NCBI GenBank assembly: GCA_944391855.1
Contig: CALXVB010000003.1
Location: 1 to 64,000, forward strand
Direction of reading: 5' to 3'
Origin: an uncultured Clostridia bacterium
GTDB lineage: Bacteria; Bacillota; Clostridia; TANB77; CAG-508
DNA length: 64,000 nucleotides
The position numbers and the translations under genes are program-made. This document shows positions 1-9,441 of this stretch, one piece after another (within the stretch, counting starts at the first letter, position 1; every line of letters begins with the position of its first letter). Below the pieces are notes generated by a model. That model searched no databases. It was given only the letters and a program-made list of their open reading frames with translations, and was not told where the DNA came from.

Positions 1-483
1 ATATGAAATGTATTTTTTTATTTCTGCTCTACGATATGCTTGTACAAATTGTTCATAAATTTTCTTGATATACGAATTACTTAAATCTTTAATGGAATTT
101 AAAAATTCTTGAATATCATCTTTGGTTATATCTTGTATTTTCATATTTCCAATATTGCTATTTTTAATTTTGTTAATAGTCCATTTTAATCTAGCATATT
201 GACCGCCTGAAATTGTATTAGATGCCAATTTTTCTTCTCTTATATCTTCCATAATTTTTACTAATTCGATTCCATTCTTTTCAACATACATGTCATTATT
301 CATTTTATATTTAATCTCATTTAATTTATTTAAAACTTCTTTTTGAGTTTTGCCATATACTGATTTTCTAATGGCTTTTCCATCTGCAGATGTTCCTGAT
401 ATATATTGCCCAATCCATCTTTTATTCTTCTTATCTTCAAATATTGTACCTTCACCATTTCCTCTTCTTCTTTTCTTCTTCAT
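1..483 (-). CDS. Tyrosine (phage-type) integrase, N-terminal part; gene continues beyond the left edge
   Basis: Not in the ORF track because the window edge cuts it. Minus-strand ATG at 483-481, with SD AGGAGGT (complement of 491-497) 7 nt upstream. My translation MKKKRRRGNGEGTIFEDKKNKRWIGQYISGTSADGKAIRKSVYGKTQKEVLNKLNEIKYK... is the arm-binding/SAM-like N-terminus typical of Tn916- and phage-family integrases. The frame stays open to nt 1. Confidence 0.7.
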   Translation of the reverse strand, partial: MKKKRRRGNGEGTIFEDKKNKRWIGQYISGTSADGKAIRKSVYGKTQKEVLNKLNEIKYKMNNDMYVEKNGIELVKIMEDIREEKLASNTISGGQYARLKWTINKIKNSNIGNMKIQDITKDDIQEFLNSIKDLSNSYIKKIYEQFVQAYRRAEIKKYISY

Positions 484-495
484 AATTTTGACCTC

Positions 496-1299
496 CTATT
501 TTGCAAGTTCATTTATCAAACTTGAAATATAATATTCTATTATGTTTTCTATATTTTTATTTTTTAAGATATTACCAAATACTTTTTCTAGTATAGGTAA
601 AGTTAATTTTTCTAATAATTCCCCCTGTTTATTGTCATATAATCTTTTTACTGCCAACTGATATAGTTTTATTTGATTTAGTGCACTCTCTGGTAAATAA
701 TCAAAGCTTTCAAAATATATTTTCTTTTGTCTAAAAATTGCATTATATTTTGTTATTTCTTCTTGTACTAAATTTGTTTTATTTAATTTTAAATTAATTA
801 AATCTAATCCATCATTCAATCCATTATTTTCTATATCTTCATCTATCTCTATATCTAACTCTTTATCTATATCTATCTCTAGTGGACTATTTGGTGGACA
901 TTGTCCACTTAATAATTTTTGCTTTTCTCTTTGTTCTCTTTTTTGTTTTGCCCAACTAGTTTCACTACCTACCATATTTTCAAAACCTGCGATTTTTAAG
1001 CAAATTCCATCATCTGTATATATCAAATTTAATTTTTTAAATAATTCCATTCCTACAATGACAGTATCTTTACTAAAATATTTAGTATCTCTTGCTATCT
1101 TATCTGGATCATATGGAATAATCATTTCTCCAATTCTTGATGCTAATTCTCCATTATTATTAGCAGTTTGCAAACATAGCATTTGATATAAAACTATATA
1201 TTGACAACCATCTTTTTGTGATAATAAAAAATCTATTTCATCTAAATTAAAGAAATCAGTTTTTAATTTTATCCAATAATATCTTTTGGCTTTTTCCAT
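496..1299 (-). CDS. Phage/ICE replisome-organizer-like protein
   Basis: 267-aa ORF. The N-terminus MEKAKRYYWIKLKTDFFNLDEIDFLL...GCQYIVLYQMLCLQTANNNG matches my memory of the phage replisome-organizer N-terminal domain. Acidic repetitive middle region. Its stop overlaps the SD of int. Confidence 0.55.
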   Translation of the reverse strand: MEKAKRYYWIKLKTDFFNLDEIDFLLSQKDGCQYIVLYQMLCLQTANNNGELASRIGEMIIPYDPDKIARDTKYFSKDTVIVGMELFKKLNLIYTDDGICLKIAGFENMVGSETSWAKQKREQREKQKLLSGQCPPNSPLEIDIDKELDIEIDEDIENNGLNDGLDLINLKLNKTNLVQEEITKYNAIFRQKKIYFESFDYLPESALNQIKLYQLAVKRLYDNKQGELLEKLTLPILEKVFGNILKNKNIENIIEYYISSLINELAK

Positions 1300-1306
1300 A
1301 ATTTAC

Positions 1307-1462
1307 TCACTTTCCAGTATTTCTACTTAATTTTCTATTGTTAAAAATAAGGAAAAATGATATACTATTTATATAAAGATTGCGAATATCTTTATGTGGC
1401 ATTTGTGCAAAAGTCTGCTCTCCAAAGTGTACTTTTGTATAAATGCTTTTTAAATTTTTCAT
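1307..1462 (-). CDS. Small hypothetical ORF (51 aa), translationally coupled
   Basis: Own translation MKNLKSIYTKVHFGEQTFAQMPHKDIRNLYINSISFFLIFNNRKLSRNTGK. Its ATG (1462-1460) overlaps the TGA of the upstream HTH gene (ATGA overlap). It fills the otherwise empty gap before the replisome organizer. Below the 60-aa cutoff of the ORF track. Confidence 0.3.
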   Translation of the reverse strand: MKNLKSIYTKVHFGEQTFAQMPHKDIRNLYINSISFFLIFNNRKLSRNTGK

Positions 1463-1704
1463 ATAACATCAATCCTTTTTTCCATTTTCCAAAGAATATA
1501 AGCAATTTTTTGGATTTTTCTTGTTTTGCCTATATTAACAGAAGGGAAGTCTGCACGATTAAATATTTCATTTGTTTTGTTTTCTCCCATATATAAATCT
1601 TTTGCTACATCTTTTACAGTTAGCATTTTAAATGGGTCATCTAAGTTTTTTATAGCTTGTTTTACTAATTCTTTCTTTAGTTCTTCACTAAAATTTTCAT
1701 TCAT
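1459..1704 (-). CDS. Excisionase/MerR-like helix-turn-helix DNA-binding protein
   Basis: C-terminal part MLTVKDVAKDLYMGENKTNEIFNRADFPSVNIGKTRKIQK resembles the HTH_17/excisionase family. I prefer the ATG at 1704-1702 (MNENFSEELKK...), 7 nt after SD AAGGAGGAC (complement of 1712-1720), over the 1779 start in the track. Confidence 0.55.
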   Translation of the reverse strand: MNENFSEELKKELVKQAIKNLDDPFKMLTVKDVAKDLYMGENKTNEIFNRADFPSVNIGKTRKIQKIAYILWKMEKRIDVI

Positions 1705-1734
1705 AATTTTTGTCCTCCTTTGAAATCCTATAAA

Positions 1735-1965
1735 TCCATTTTGGATACTTAATAAGTAAAAAAATAAATATTTATTCATATTTTTAATTTTATAGCATAC
1801 CTCCTTTCAAATTTGTCTATATCCACTTTGGATATTTATATAATAATCCAAAATGGATATATTGTCAATACCTTTTTCAAAATTTTTTAAACTTTCTAAA
1901 ACTTTTATAGTAAAAATATTTAATTATCAACAATCATTGACTTTCCAAAATGGATATGATAAAAT
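1735..1965. promoter_or_regulatory. Divergent promoter pair with four copies of an ATCCAAAATGGATAT-like operator
   Basis: Operator copies at 1735-1749 (inverted), 1821-1835 (ATCCACTTTGGATAT), 1846-1860 and 1943-1957. Plus-strand promoter: TTGACT 1937-1942, 17-nt spacer, TAAAAT 1960-1965. Minus-strand promoter: TTGACA (complement of 1863-1868), 17-nt spacer, TATTAT (complement of 1840-1845). An operator fills the spacer of both promoters. Confidence 0.55.
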
Positions 1966-1995
1966 TTAAGCATAAATTGAGAAGGAGAAAATATT

Positions 1996-2745
1996 ATGAC
2001 AAATGGCGAAAGAATAAAGTATTTAAGAGAAAAAAATGGTTTTACTCAAAAAGATATTGCAACAAGATTAGGAGTAGAGCCTGCAGCAATATCAAAATAT
2101 GAATTAGATATGAGAGAACCAAATATAGAAGCAATAAAAAAGCTAGCCACAATTTTTAATGTTTCAATAGATTATTTACTTGGAAGAACACCAGATGTTT
2201 TTGTAGATGAAACAGATAGAGATACACTTGATATATCTGGTATTAAAGATAAATACAACTTTACAAAAAAGAGAATGGATAAAGTAAAAGAAATCTACAA
2301 AAATGATACTACACTAAGCACAGCCATAAACGAATTATGTTGTGGAGTAGGAAAAACTACTTTTGGAGAAACTATAACAAATACAAATATTTCAATGTTA
2401 GAAATAGAAAGCATATTTAATGATTTTATAAATAGCAAGGATCCTAAGCCACAAATTATGATGAAAGTTAAAGATTTAGAAAATAGTATTATAATTGTTG
2501 AAATTGATTCTTTTGACGATGAAGAAATGCCACTTGATGCAACTGATAGAATTGCTTTATATACTACAAAATTATCACAAAAATATAATGTGCTTGGTTT
2601 AGTAATGACAATTGATAAAGATGAAAATTGTAAAGTTATTGATGCTATATATCAAAAAAATAAAGATACTTATTATACTCAATTACATTTGCCTAGAACA
2701 GTATTAACTGCTGGAGAGTATATTGATATAATGAGTAGATTGTAA
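1996..2745 (+). CDS. XRE-family HTH repressor (cI-like) with C-terminal domain of unknown function
   Basis: N-terminus MTNGERIKYLREKNGFTQKDIATRLGVEPAAISKYELDMREPNIEAIKKLATIFNVSIDYLLGR is a canonical HTH_3/XRE domain. SD GAAGGAGAA upstream. Divergent from the int operon. Confidence 0.8.
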   Translation: MTNGERIKYLREKNGFTQKDIATRLGVEPAAISKYELDMREPNIEAIKKLATIFNVSIDYLLGRTPDVFVDETDRDTLDISGIKDKYNFTKKRMDKVKEIYKNDTTLSTAINELCCGVGKTTFGETITNTNISMLEIESIFNDFINSKDPKPQIMMKVKDLENSIIIVEIDSFDDEEMPLDATDRIALYTTKLSQKYNVLGLVMTIDKDENCKVIDAIYQKNKDTYYTQLHLPRTVLTAGEYIDIMSRL

Positions 2746-2807
2746 GAAAATTAATTTAATATGTATATTTTGTTATAAATCTAATAAAATAAGAAGGAGA
2801 AAATATA

Positions 2808-4260
2808 GTGAGAGACGAAAAATATTTAAAAGAATTAGTCGAATATTTAAGAAAATTCCCAAAAGAAACTGACTGGTTAGAATTTAAAACTAATTATTAT
2901 GAACCTCAAATTATAGGTGAATATATAAGTGCATTATCTAATGCAGCAGCATTGAATAATGTTCAATATGGTTATCTAATATTTGGTATAGATGATGATT
3001 CTCATGAAATAGTTGGCACGAATATAGTATTAAAAAACAAGAAAAAAGGAAATGAAGAATTAGAATCATGGATAACTAGATTACTTAATCCTAAAATTAA
3101 TTTTAATTTTTATGATATAGAAATTAATGGTAAGAAAGTAGCTATAATTGAAATTAAAAGAGCAGAATACACAATTACAAAGTTTGAAAGTACAGCTTAT
3201 ATGAGAATAGGAACAAATAAGAAACCACTAAGTGCTTTTGTTGGAAAAGAAAAAGAATTATGGAGGGTAATAAATTCTATGCCTTTTGAAATGTGTATTT
3301 CTATTGGAAATCTAACAAGTACAGAAGTACTACAAAAATTAGAGTATTCTTCATATTTTGAATTATTAGGTATTCCATTACCAGACAATGTTACACGGAA
3401 TATTAAATTATTTACAGGAAGAGGAATTTATAAAAAAGAATGAAAATGGAAAATGGGATATTACTAATTTAGGTGCGATTTTATTTGCAAAAAATCTGAA
3501 TGATTTTAAGAATATTAAAAGAAAAAGTATTAGAGTAATTCAATATGACGGAAAAAATAAATTAAAGACAATTAGAGAAGAAGTAGGAGATAAAGGGTAT
3601 GCAATTATATTTGAAGGAATTATAAAGTATATTAATACAATAATACCTAAAAATGAAATTATAGGAGAAGCATTAAGAAAAGAAGTATCTATGTATCCTG
3701 AATTAGCAATTAGGGAAGCTGTTGCCAATAGTTTAGTACACCAAGATTTTAATATATCAGGAACTGGACCTATGGTAGAAATTTATACAGATAGAATAGA
3801 AATAACAAACCCTGGGAAACCCTTAGTAAAAATTGATAGATTTATTGATAATCCTCCAAAATCAAGAAACGAACAATTAGCTTCTTTTTTAAGAAGAATA
3901 GGTGTATGTGAAGAACGTGGCAGTGGATTTGATAAAATAGTATATTCCACAGAAATATATCAATTACCTGCACCCAAAATTGAAGTTTATGATGAAGATA
4001 CTAAAATAACACTATATGCACATATGGCTTATGAGGATATGAGTAAAGAAGATAAAATAAGAGCTTGCTATATGCATGCATGTTTAAAATACGTTAGCAA
4101 TGAACATTTAACAAATGCATCTTTGAGGAAACGATTTGGAATAACACAAAATTCAGTTGTATCTAAAGTAATAAAAAAAGCATTAGATGATGGAAAAATA
4201 AAACCTTATGATAAAGATACAGCACCTAGATATATGGAATATATTCCTTATTGGGCTTAA
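2808..4260 (+). pseudogene. AlbA_2 (Schlafen-like) + HATPase_c_4 + wHTH 'divergent AAA / RecG-like' protein, split by a frameshift
   Basis: ORF 2808-3443 carries the AlbA_2 signature (ETDWLEFKTNYYEP...ISALSNAAALNNVQYGYLIFGIDDDSHEIVGT). ORF 3388-4260 carries the rest of the same family (ILNYLQEEEFIKKNENGKWDITNLGAILFAK...REAVANSLVHQDFNISGTGPMVEIYTDRIEITNPG). The second frame is open only from 3370, so the shift lies at about 3370-3400. Confidence 0.7.
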
Positions 4261-4404
4261 TTTAAGTTTCCGGTAAGTTTCCATTATACTATTAAAATTT
4301 AGTTGATAAAAATTTAGAATTCTTGAATTCCTTGATAATCAAGGAATTCAAGAATTTATGTAAATTTTAAAAATAACAATTTAAGTTTCCGGTAAATTTC
4401 CATT
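4259..4404. repeat. 27-bp direct repeats flanking an 18-bp perfect hairpin (candidate att remnant / bidirectional terminator)
   Basis: AATTTAAGTTTCCGGTAAGTTTCCATT at 4259-4285 and AATTTAAGTTTCCGGTAAATTTCCATT at 4378-4404 (26/27 identical). Inverted repeat AATTCTTGAATTCCTTGA / TCAAGGAATTCAAGAATT at 4318-4335 / 4339-4356. Confidence 0.7.
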
Positions 4405-4415
4405 CTTCATATTTT

Positions 4416-4607
4416 TTATTTTTTATTTGTAATTATTTCTTCTTCATGTCCATCATCATATACCCAATGAATGTATTTAAAATCTCCACCAATTCTTGTA
4501 TATTCGTTTCCACCATCAATTGAACATGCTCCACATTTACATTTTTTATAATCGTGAACGCTTAAAGATTCAATTATATCATTACATTTTAAACATTTAA
4601 TTTTCAT
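4416..4607 (-). CDS. Small zinc-ribbon protein (CxxC...CxC)
   Basis: 63 aa, MKIKCLKCNDIIESLSVHDYKKCKCGACSIDGG. Four to six Cys in ribbon spacing. SD GGCGAGTGA-like region upstream. Confidence 0.45.
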   Translation of the reverse strand: MKIKCLKCNDIIESLSVHDYKKCKCGACSIDGGNEYTRIGGDFKYIHWVYDDGHEEEIITNKK

Positions 4608-4820
4608 ATTTTCACTCGCCTTTTATAATTTTTATTTAAAGTTATTATACAGAAATTTAAAAAATTTTTCAATAAAATTTATTTACTGCATTCAAACTAC
4701 ATTCAAAAAATGTCGAAGTGCTAGAAAATAAGCAATTTTCAAAAGTAAATTCTCCTCACCTCGACCAGTAATAAAAAACCATACAAGTATTGAATTATCA
4801 ATATTCTGTATGGTTTATTT

Positions 4821-5006
4821 TTATGGATAATATGGATTAGGCTTTAGAATAAGAATTATCAGATCAAATATAACTCCTATTCCAAATAGTCCTCCAGTTA
4901 ATAAGTATATAATTCCAAATAAAATTCTTCCTTCATAAAATTTATGTGCCCCAAATATTCCAAGAAATAAACATAGGAAAAACGCTACCCATTTGCTTTT
5001 TGCCAT
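4821..5006 (-). CDS. TM2 domain-containing membrane protein
   Basis: 61 aa. [45 protein letters not shown] is the TM2 (NINE-like) signature. Hairpin + T-run terminator just downstream (about 4770-4815, minus). Confidence 0.75.
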   Translation of the reverse strand: MAKSKWVAFFLCLFLGIFGAHKFYEGRILFGIIYLLTGGLFGIGVIFDLIILILKPNPYYP

Positions 5007-5019
5007 ATATTTCCCTCCT

Positions 5020-5940
5020 TTATGTATTATTTTTATTTATATTATCTATAATAATATTTTCATTTTCTTCATCTTTATGCCCTGGGTTTGTTAATAAAGT
5101 ATCTTTTAATGAGTTTTTTAACTTATCACAACATGGCTTAAAAGATACAAATGTAATACCTCCTCCTATTACACCACCAACAACTGGGATAGCCTTCTTA
5201 AAAAATCCAGCAAATACTTCTTTAGTCATTTTTACACCAAACCATTTAGCAATGCTCTTTACTATTGGATACACTGTTCCTTTAGTAAGTGCCGTGTTTA
5301 TTAATTTCTTTTCTACACCTACAGCAAGTGCTTTTGCTATAGACTTTATTGCATTATTTGCACCTGCTACCCCATACATAACACCTAAACATATAGTTAA
5401 TATATTTAATGTTTCTGTATCAAATGCTTGACCTTTTTCATATATGTTTATTTCTGGAAATCCATATAAATACATTAGTTTTTGAGCTGCTCTTAGCATA
5501 TACCCATAATATTGTATAATATCTGCGGGAATAGTTGCTGCCATTGCCGCGCCTCCAGGAGTACCTAGTGCTGCAGATATTCCTGTTACGCAATTTCTTT
5601 CAAAAGCAATTACTTCATCAGCTATTTTATTAATTTCATTAAGAGGTATACCTGCATTTATTGGTGTAGTCTCTATTGCTCTTTCTACTGTTTCTCTTGA
5701 ATATTTTTTACTAAATTCTTTTTCTAGAAAATTTCTTCTATTAATTCCTATTCCCGGAATCCTTAATCCCAGAATAATTATATCTTGTATATCTATTTTT
5801 CCATCTCCGTTTGCATCCATTGCAGTTGTAATTTTATCTTTTGATTTAGCAGTAATTTCTTTTGCTTTGTTCGAAATATTTGTAGTAGTTTTCTTAGCAC
5901 TATTTACAATATTTTCGACTTTTTCTTTCTTTATTTTCAT
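5020..5940 (-). CDS. EcsC-like protein with N-terminal EF-hand/dockerin-like DxNxDGxID motif
   Basis: 306 aa. [44 protein letters not shown] resembles the EcsC family core as I remember it. [13 protein letters not shown] is a Ca-binding-type loop. Confidence 0.45.
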   Translation of the reverse strand: MKIKKEKVENIVNSAKKTTTNISNKAKEITAKSKDKITTAMDANGDGKIDIQDIIILGLRIPGIGINRRNFLEKEFSKKYSRETVERAIETTPINAGIPLNEINKIADEVIAFERNCVTGISAALGTPGGAAMAATIPADIIQYYGYMLRAAQKLMYLYGFPEINIYEKGQAFDTETLNILTICLGVMYGVAGANNAIKSIAKALAVGVEKKLINTALTKGTVYPIVKSIAKWFGVKMTKEVFAGFFKKAIPVVGGVIGGGITFVSFKPCCDKLKNSLKDTLLTNPGHKDEENENIIIDNINKNNT

Positions 5941-6077
5941 ATATTGTTCCTCCTTCTTATTTTCTTTATATAGTATTTGTAAATTTCGCGAATATTTTTT
6001 TACCTCAAAAAAATTTTAACCTAATTACTAGTATAAATCAATGATTCGGCTAAAATTCATTTCAATATTATATAAAA

Positions 6078-6110
6078 ACTCTTCAACAACCAATCGGTTT
6101 GTTGAAGAGT
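6078..6110 (-). terminator. Rho-independent terminator of the 69-aa gene
   Basis: ACTCTTCAACAA / TTGTTGAAGAGT 12-bp stem (6078-6089 / 6099-6110). A T-run follows on the minus strand (complement of 6071-6077). Confidence 0.7.
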
Positions 6111-6120
6111 CTTTCTTAGC

Positions 6121-6330
6121 TCACTCGTCAGTATCATCCTTTTGTTTTCTTGCACGAAACTTGAAGCTCGCCAGAAACATAGTTGCTGCACCAAGAAGGT
6201 AGCTAATTAGCCGATCCAGTGGAAATGCCTTGATGGCGTTCCAAATTTCACTGCCGTAGGTAATAGCCAATACGATAATGAATACCAGAACCGACAATAG
6301 AATAAACTTTACCCAACTTGTGACTCTCAT
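6121..6330 (-). CDS. Small two-TM membrane protein, compositionally foreign
   Basis: 69 aa, MRVTSWVKFILLSVLVFIIVLAITYG...LLGAATMFLASFKFRARKQKDDTDE. SD AGGAGGA upstream and its own terminator. Hand-counted G+C is 48% (line 6181) and 40% (line 6241) versus 25% in the flanking line 6001. Confidence 0.55.
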   Translation of the reverse strand: MRVTSWVKFILLSVLVFIIVLAITYGSEIWNAIKAFPLDRLISYLLGAATMFLASFKFRARKQKDDTDE

Positions 6331-6458
6331 AATGTATCCTCCTATTGCTTTATTGGGTTTTAGGAACTATTTCCTATATACATTATTATACATTAAATTT
6401 ACACATATTGCAAATTTATGTAAATATGGTTCTTAATAATAAATATCTTCTATATATT

Positions 6459-7964
6459 TTATAGATCTTTTACACTTGGTCCATATATTAGTTTTCCTTT
6501 ATAATCATACCTAGAACCATGACATGGGCAATCCCAAGTTTTATCTAAATTATTCCACGTTAATTCACAGCCTAAATGCTTACAAACTGGATTTATTTTA
6601 TATATTTCACCTTTTTTATTTTTATATACCCCAACTTTCTTACCATCAATTTCAACTATTTTGCCTTCTCCATTTTGTATTTGGTTTATTTCTTCTTTTG
6701 GTATTTCTAATTTTTTTATGACTAATGAGTCTATACTAGTCTTTACTATATTTCCCACTTCTTTTATATTCTTTATTGGTTCTACTCTTGTGGAAGTAAA
6801 TATTTCTTCATATTTGTTTTCAAATCCCATTATCTTATCAGTAATTATATCTGCAGCTATTTTTGAAGTTGTAATTCCCCATTTATTAAATCCTGTAGCC
6901 ACATAACATTTGTCCCATACTTTAGAAAATTCTCCTATATATGGTATTTTATCAAGTGTTATACAATCTTCTGTGTTCCAGTGATATTTTATTTCTCCTT
7001 TTGGGTATATTTCTTTTGCTATTTTCTCTAATTTTGTATATGAATTACTTAAATCCTTTTCTTCTCCTGTTTTATGGTCTGAGCCAACAACAATTAGTAT
7101 ATAGCCATCCTTATCCTTTGCCATTCTTAATGATATAGTAGGTTTTTCTGAATTTATATACATTCCATTAAAAATTTTTTCTTTTGTTTTCATTCCTATT
7201 CCATAACTTGTCCCTTGATACATTTTTAAGAAATAAAATCCTGGTATGTTTACTATTGGATATTTAGTTGCTAATACTAAGTATTTAGTTTTTATTTCAC
7301 AACCATTTTGTGTTTTAACTAAATAGCCGTTTTCTTCGTCTATTATGTCTATAGCTTTTGTATTTTCATATATTTGTAGTCTACTTCCACTACAAATTTT
7401 TGCCAATGCATTTGCATATTTATATGGGTTAAATTGTGCTTGGTTTTCAAATTTTACACCAGCTACTACTTTTACTAAGCTACTTACTTCAATATCTTTT
7501 GCTTCTAAATATTCGGCTTTCCCTCCAAAACTATTTACAACTTCTGCTTCATCTTTTAATTTTTGCATATCTGCTATTGTTCCTGTAAATACATAGCTTG
7601 GTTGATATTCAAAATCACAGTCAATATTTTCTTTTTTTATGATATTAGCTATTCCTTCTATTGCCTCTTCATTTGCTTTATAGTATTCTTTTGCAAAATC
7701 TATCCCTTTTGAATCGGCCAAATATTTATATATCAATCCATGCTCGCTTGTTATTTTAGCAGTACTATTACCACTTGCTTTTCTACATATTCTATCTTTT
7801 TCTATTAAAATAGTTTTTATATTATATTTTCTTAAATTATATGCAAGGTTAAGTCCAGTTAAACCTCCACCTATTATACAAATATCTGTATCTACATTTT
7901 CTTTTAAAGCTTCAAATTTATTAATCTCCTTTTCATTTAAACTATTAATCCAATATGACTTCAT
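6459..7964 (-). CDS. FAD-dependent oxidoreductase with C-terminal Rieske [2Fe-2S] domain (YhfW-like)
   Basis: Dinucleotide-binding motif ICIIGGGLTGLNLA at the N-terminus. Rieske motif CKHLGC...CPCHGS at the C-terminus. Confidence 0.85.
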   Translation of the reverse strand: MKSYWINSLNEKEINKFEALKENVDTDICIIGGGLTGLNLAYNLRKYNIKTILIEKDRICRKASGNSTAKITSEHGLIYKYLADSKGIDFAKEYYKANEEAIEGIANIIKKENIDCDFEYQPSYVFTGTIADMQKLKDEAEVVNSFGGKAEYLEAKDIEVSSLVKVVAGVKFENQAQFNPYKYANALAKICSGSRLQIYENTKAIDIIDEENGYLVKTQNGCEIKTKYLVLATKYPIVNIPGFYFLKMYQGTSYGIGMKTKEKIFNGMYINSEKPTISLRMAKDKDGYILIVVGSDHKTGEEKDLSNSYTKLEKIAKEIYPKGEIKYHWNTEDCITLDKIPYIGEFSKVWDKCYVATGFNKWGITTSKIAADIITDKIMGFENKYEEIFTSTRVEPIKNIKEVGNIVKTSIDSLVIKKLEIPKEEINQIQNGEGKIVEIDGKKVGVYKNKKGEIYKINPVCKHLGCELTWNNLDKTWDCPCHGSRYDYKGKLIYGPSVKDL

Positions 7965-8103
7965 ACAAAACCACTCCTAAACAAATAAAAAAACTAATTA
8001 TATTATTTCCTATAATTAGTTTTTTAATCATATTTCTTACTAAATCATGTTTATAATTAATTGAATATTTTTAAATATCTTTCATTTATTAATTTTTGAT
8101 AAT

Positions 8104-9393
8104 CTACTTATTTCCAATGTATTTGATTACGTCTCCATACACATAAAAGCTTCCTATAACAAAATTTACTGTGTTTTGTCTATTTTCTCTTTTTATCTCT
8201 TTAATTGCTTCTTCTAAGGATTTTATTTTTATTTTTTGATTTTCTCTTTTATATTTTATAGCTATTTTATATAGTTCTTCTGCAGAAGCATATCTTTCTT
8301 TATCATTTCCACTTGTTAATATGAATGATGCCTTCTCATCACTAAATAACAATTCTAGCATGGTTTCATAGTCTTTTCTTTTTAATATAGATATTATATA
8401 TGTTCTATTTAAATCTTTATAATACATATTAACAGAGTTTAGTAGATTTTTTATCGCTGGTTCGTTATGCCCTCCATCATATATAATTAATGGATTTTTA
8501 CATATTTCTTCCATCCTTCCTCTATGAATAACTGTCGAAAGGCCTTTTCTTATGCTCTCTTCTCTTATCTTATATCCTAAGTTATTTAATATTTCCATTG
8601 TTTTTATACATATTGATGCATTATTTATTTGTACTAGCCCTTTTAGATTTACTTTTATATTTTTTAAATTATCATAGTCAAAATATTGATATTCAGTATC
8701 ATAACTATAATTAGTTATATCTGTTTTCTTTATAAGGTACAACTTATTATTTTTTTGCATACAAATATCTTTAAATATTTTATCTATTTCATCATTATTT
8801 TCAAATACAACTGTATTTGAATTTTGCTTTATTATTCCTGCTTTTTGTATTGCTATTTCTTCTAAACTGTTCCCTAAAATGTGCATGTGGTCATATCCTA
8901 TTGACGTAATAATAGATACCAGTGGTTTTGTTATTACATTTGTACAATCGTATATTCCACCTAGCCCAGTTTCTAAAACCACAAAATCCACATTGTTTCT
9001 ATAAAAATAGAGCAGAGCTATTATTGTTTCAAGTTCAAATAAAGTTACTTGTATGTTACTTATTTTATTATATTCTTCTATTTTAGGCTTTAATTCTTCT
9101 ATTAATTCTATCAATTCCTTGTTTGATATATTAATATTATTAATGCTTATTCGTTCATTGTATTCTATTAAATGTGGAGATAAAAACTTTCCCACTTTAT
9201 ACCCTTGATTTATTAAAATATTAGTCACCATTTCTGTGCAACTACCTTTTCCATTTGTTCCTGCAATATGGATAAATTTCATGTTTTTTTCAAAGTTATC
9301 ATATTTATTTATAAAATATTTCATTGCATCTAGTGATGGATTTTTTGTTCCTTTAAAAAAATTATTTAAAAATTCTTCTACATTTTTTATCAT
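8104..9393 (-). CDS. folC: Folylpolyglutamate synthase / dihydrofolate synthase
   Basis: 429 aa. Mur-ligase P-loop HIAGTNGKGS, and overall FolC length and layout. Confidence 0.85.
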   Translation of the reverse strand: MIKNVEEFLNNFFKGTKNPSLDAMKYFINKYDNFEKNMKFIHIAGTNGKGSCTEMVTNILINQGYKVGKFLSPHLIEYNERISINNINISNKELIELIEELKPKIEEYNKISNIQVTLFELETIIALLYFYRNNVDFVVLETGLGGIYDCTNVITKPLVSIITSIGYDHMHILGNSLEEIAIQKAGIIKQNSNTVVFENNDEIDKIFKDICMQKNNKLYLIKKTDITNYSYDTEYQYFDYDNLKNIKVNLKGLVQINNASICIKTMEILNNLGYKIREESIRKGLSTVIHRGRMEEICKNPLIIYDGGHNEPAIKNLLNSVNMYYKDLNRTYIISILKRKDYETMLELLFSDEKASFILTSGNDKERYASAEELYKIAIKYKRENQKIKIKSLEEAIKEIKRENRQNTVNFVIGSFYVYGDVIKYIGNK

Positions 9394-9441
9394 ATTTATA
9401 TCCCCTATTTTTTAATCATTTACTTCTTCATTTATATCTTT

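Larger units (their letters stand above)
1..4404. mobile_element. Small integrative element / satellite-prophage-like island (partial; left end outside window)
   Basis: Contains int, replisome organizer, a small coupled ORF and an Xis-like HTH (all minus), a divergent XRE repressor with repeated operators, and one cargo gene. Ends at a 27-bp direct repeat pair (4259-4285, 4378-4404). The right boundary is inferred, not proven. Confidence 0.5.

Noticed and set aside
350-1723. Plus-strand ORFs 350-532, 1357-1596 and 1526-1723
   Set aside because: They are shadows of the minus-strand integrase, the small coupled ORF and the Xis-like HTH gene. They have no SD and hydrophobic nonsense translations.
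3370-3443. Programmed ribosomal frameshift joining ORFs 2808-3443 and 3388-4260
   Set aside because: No slippery heptamer plus downstream structure is evident at the inferred shift position (about 3370-3400). A simple inactivating indel or a sequencing error is the more economical explanation.
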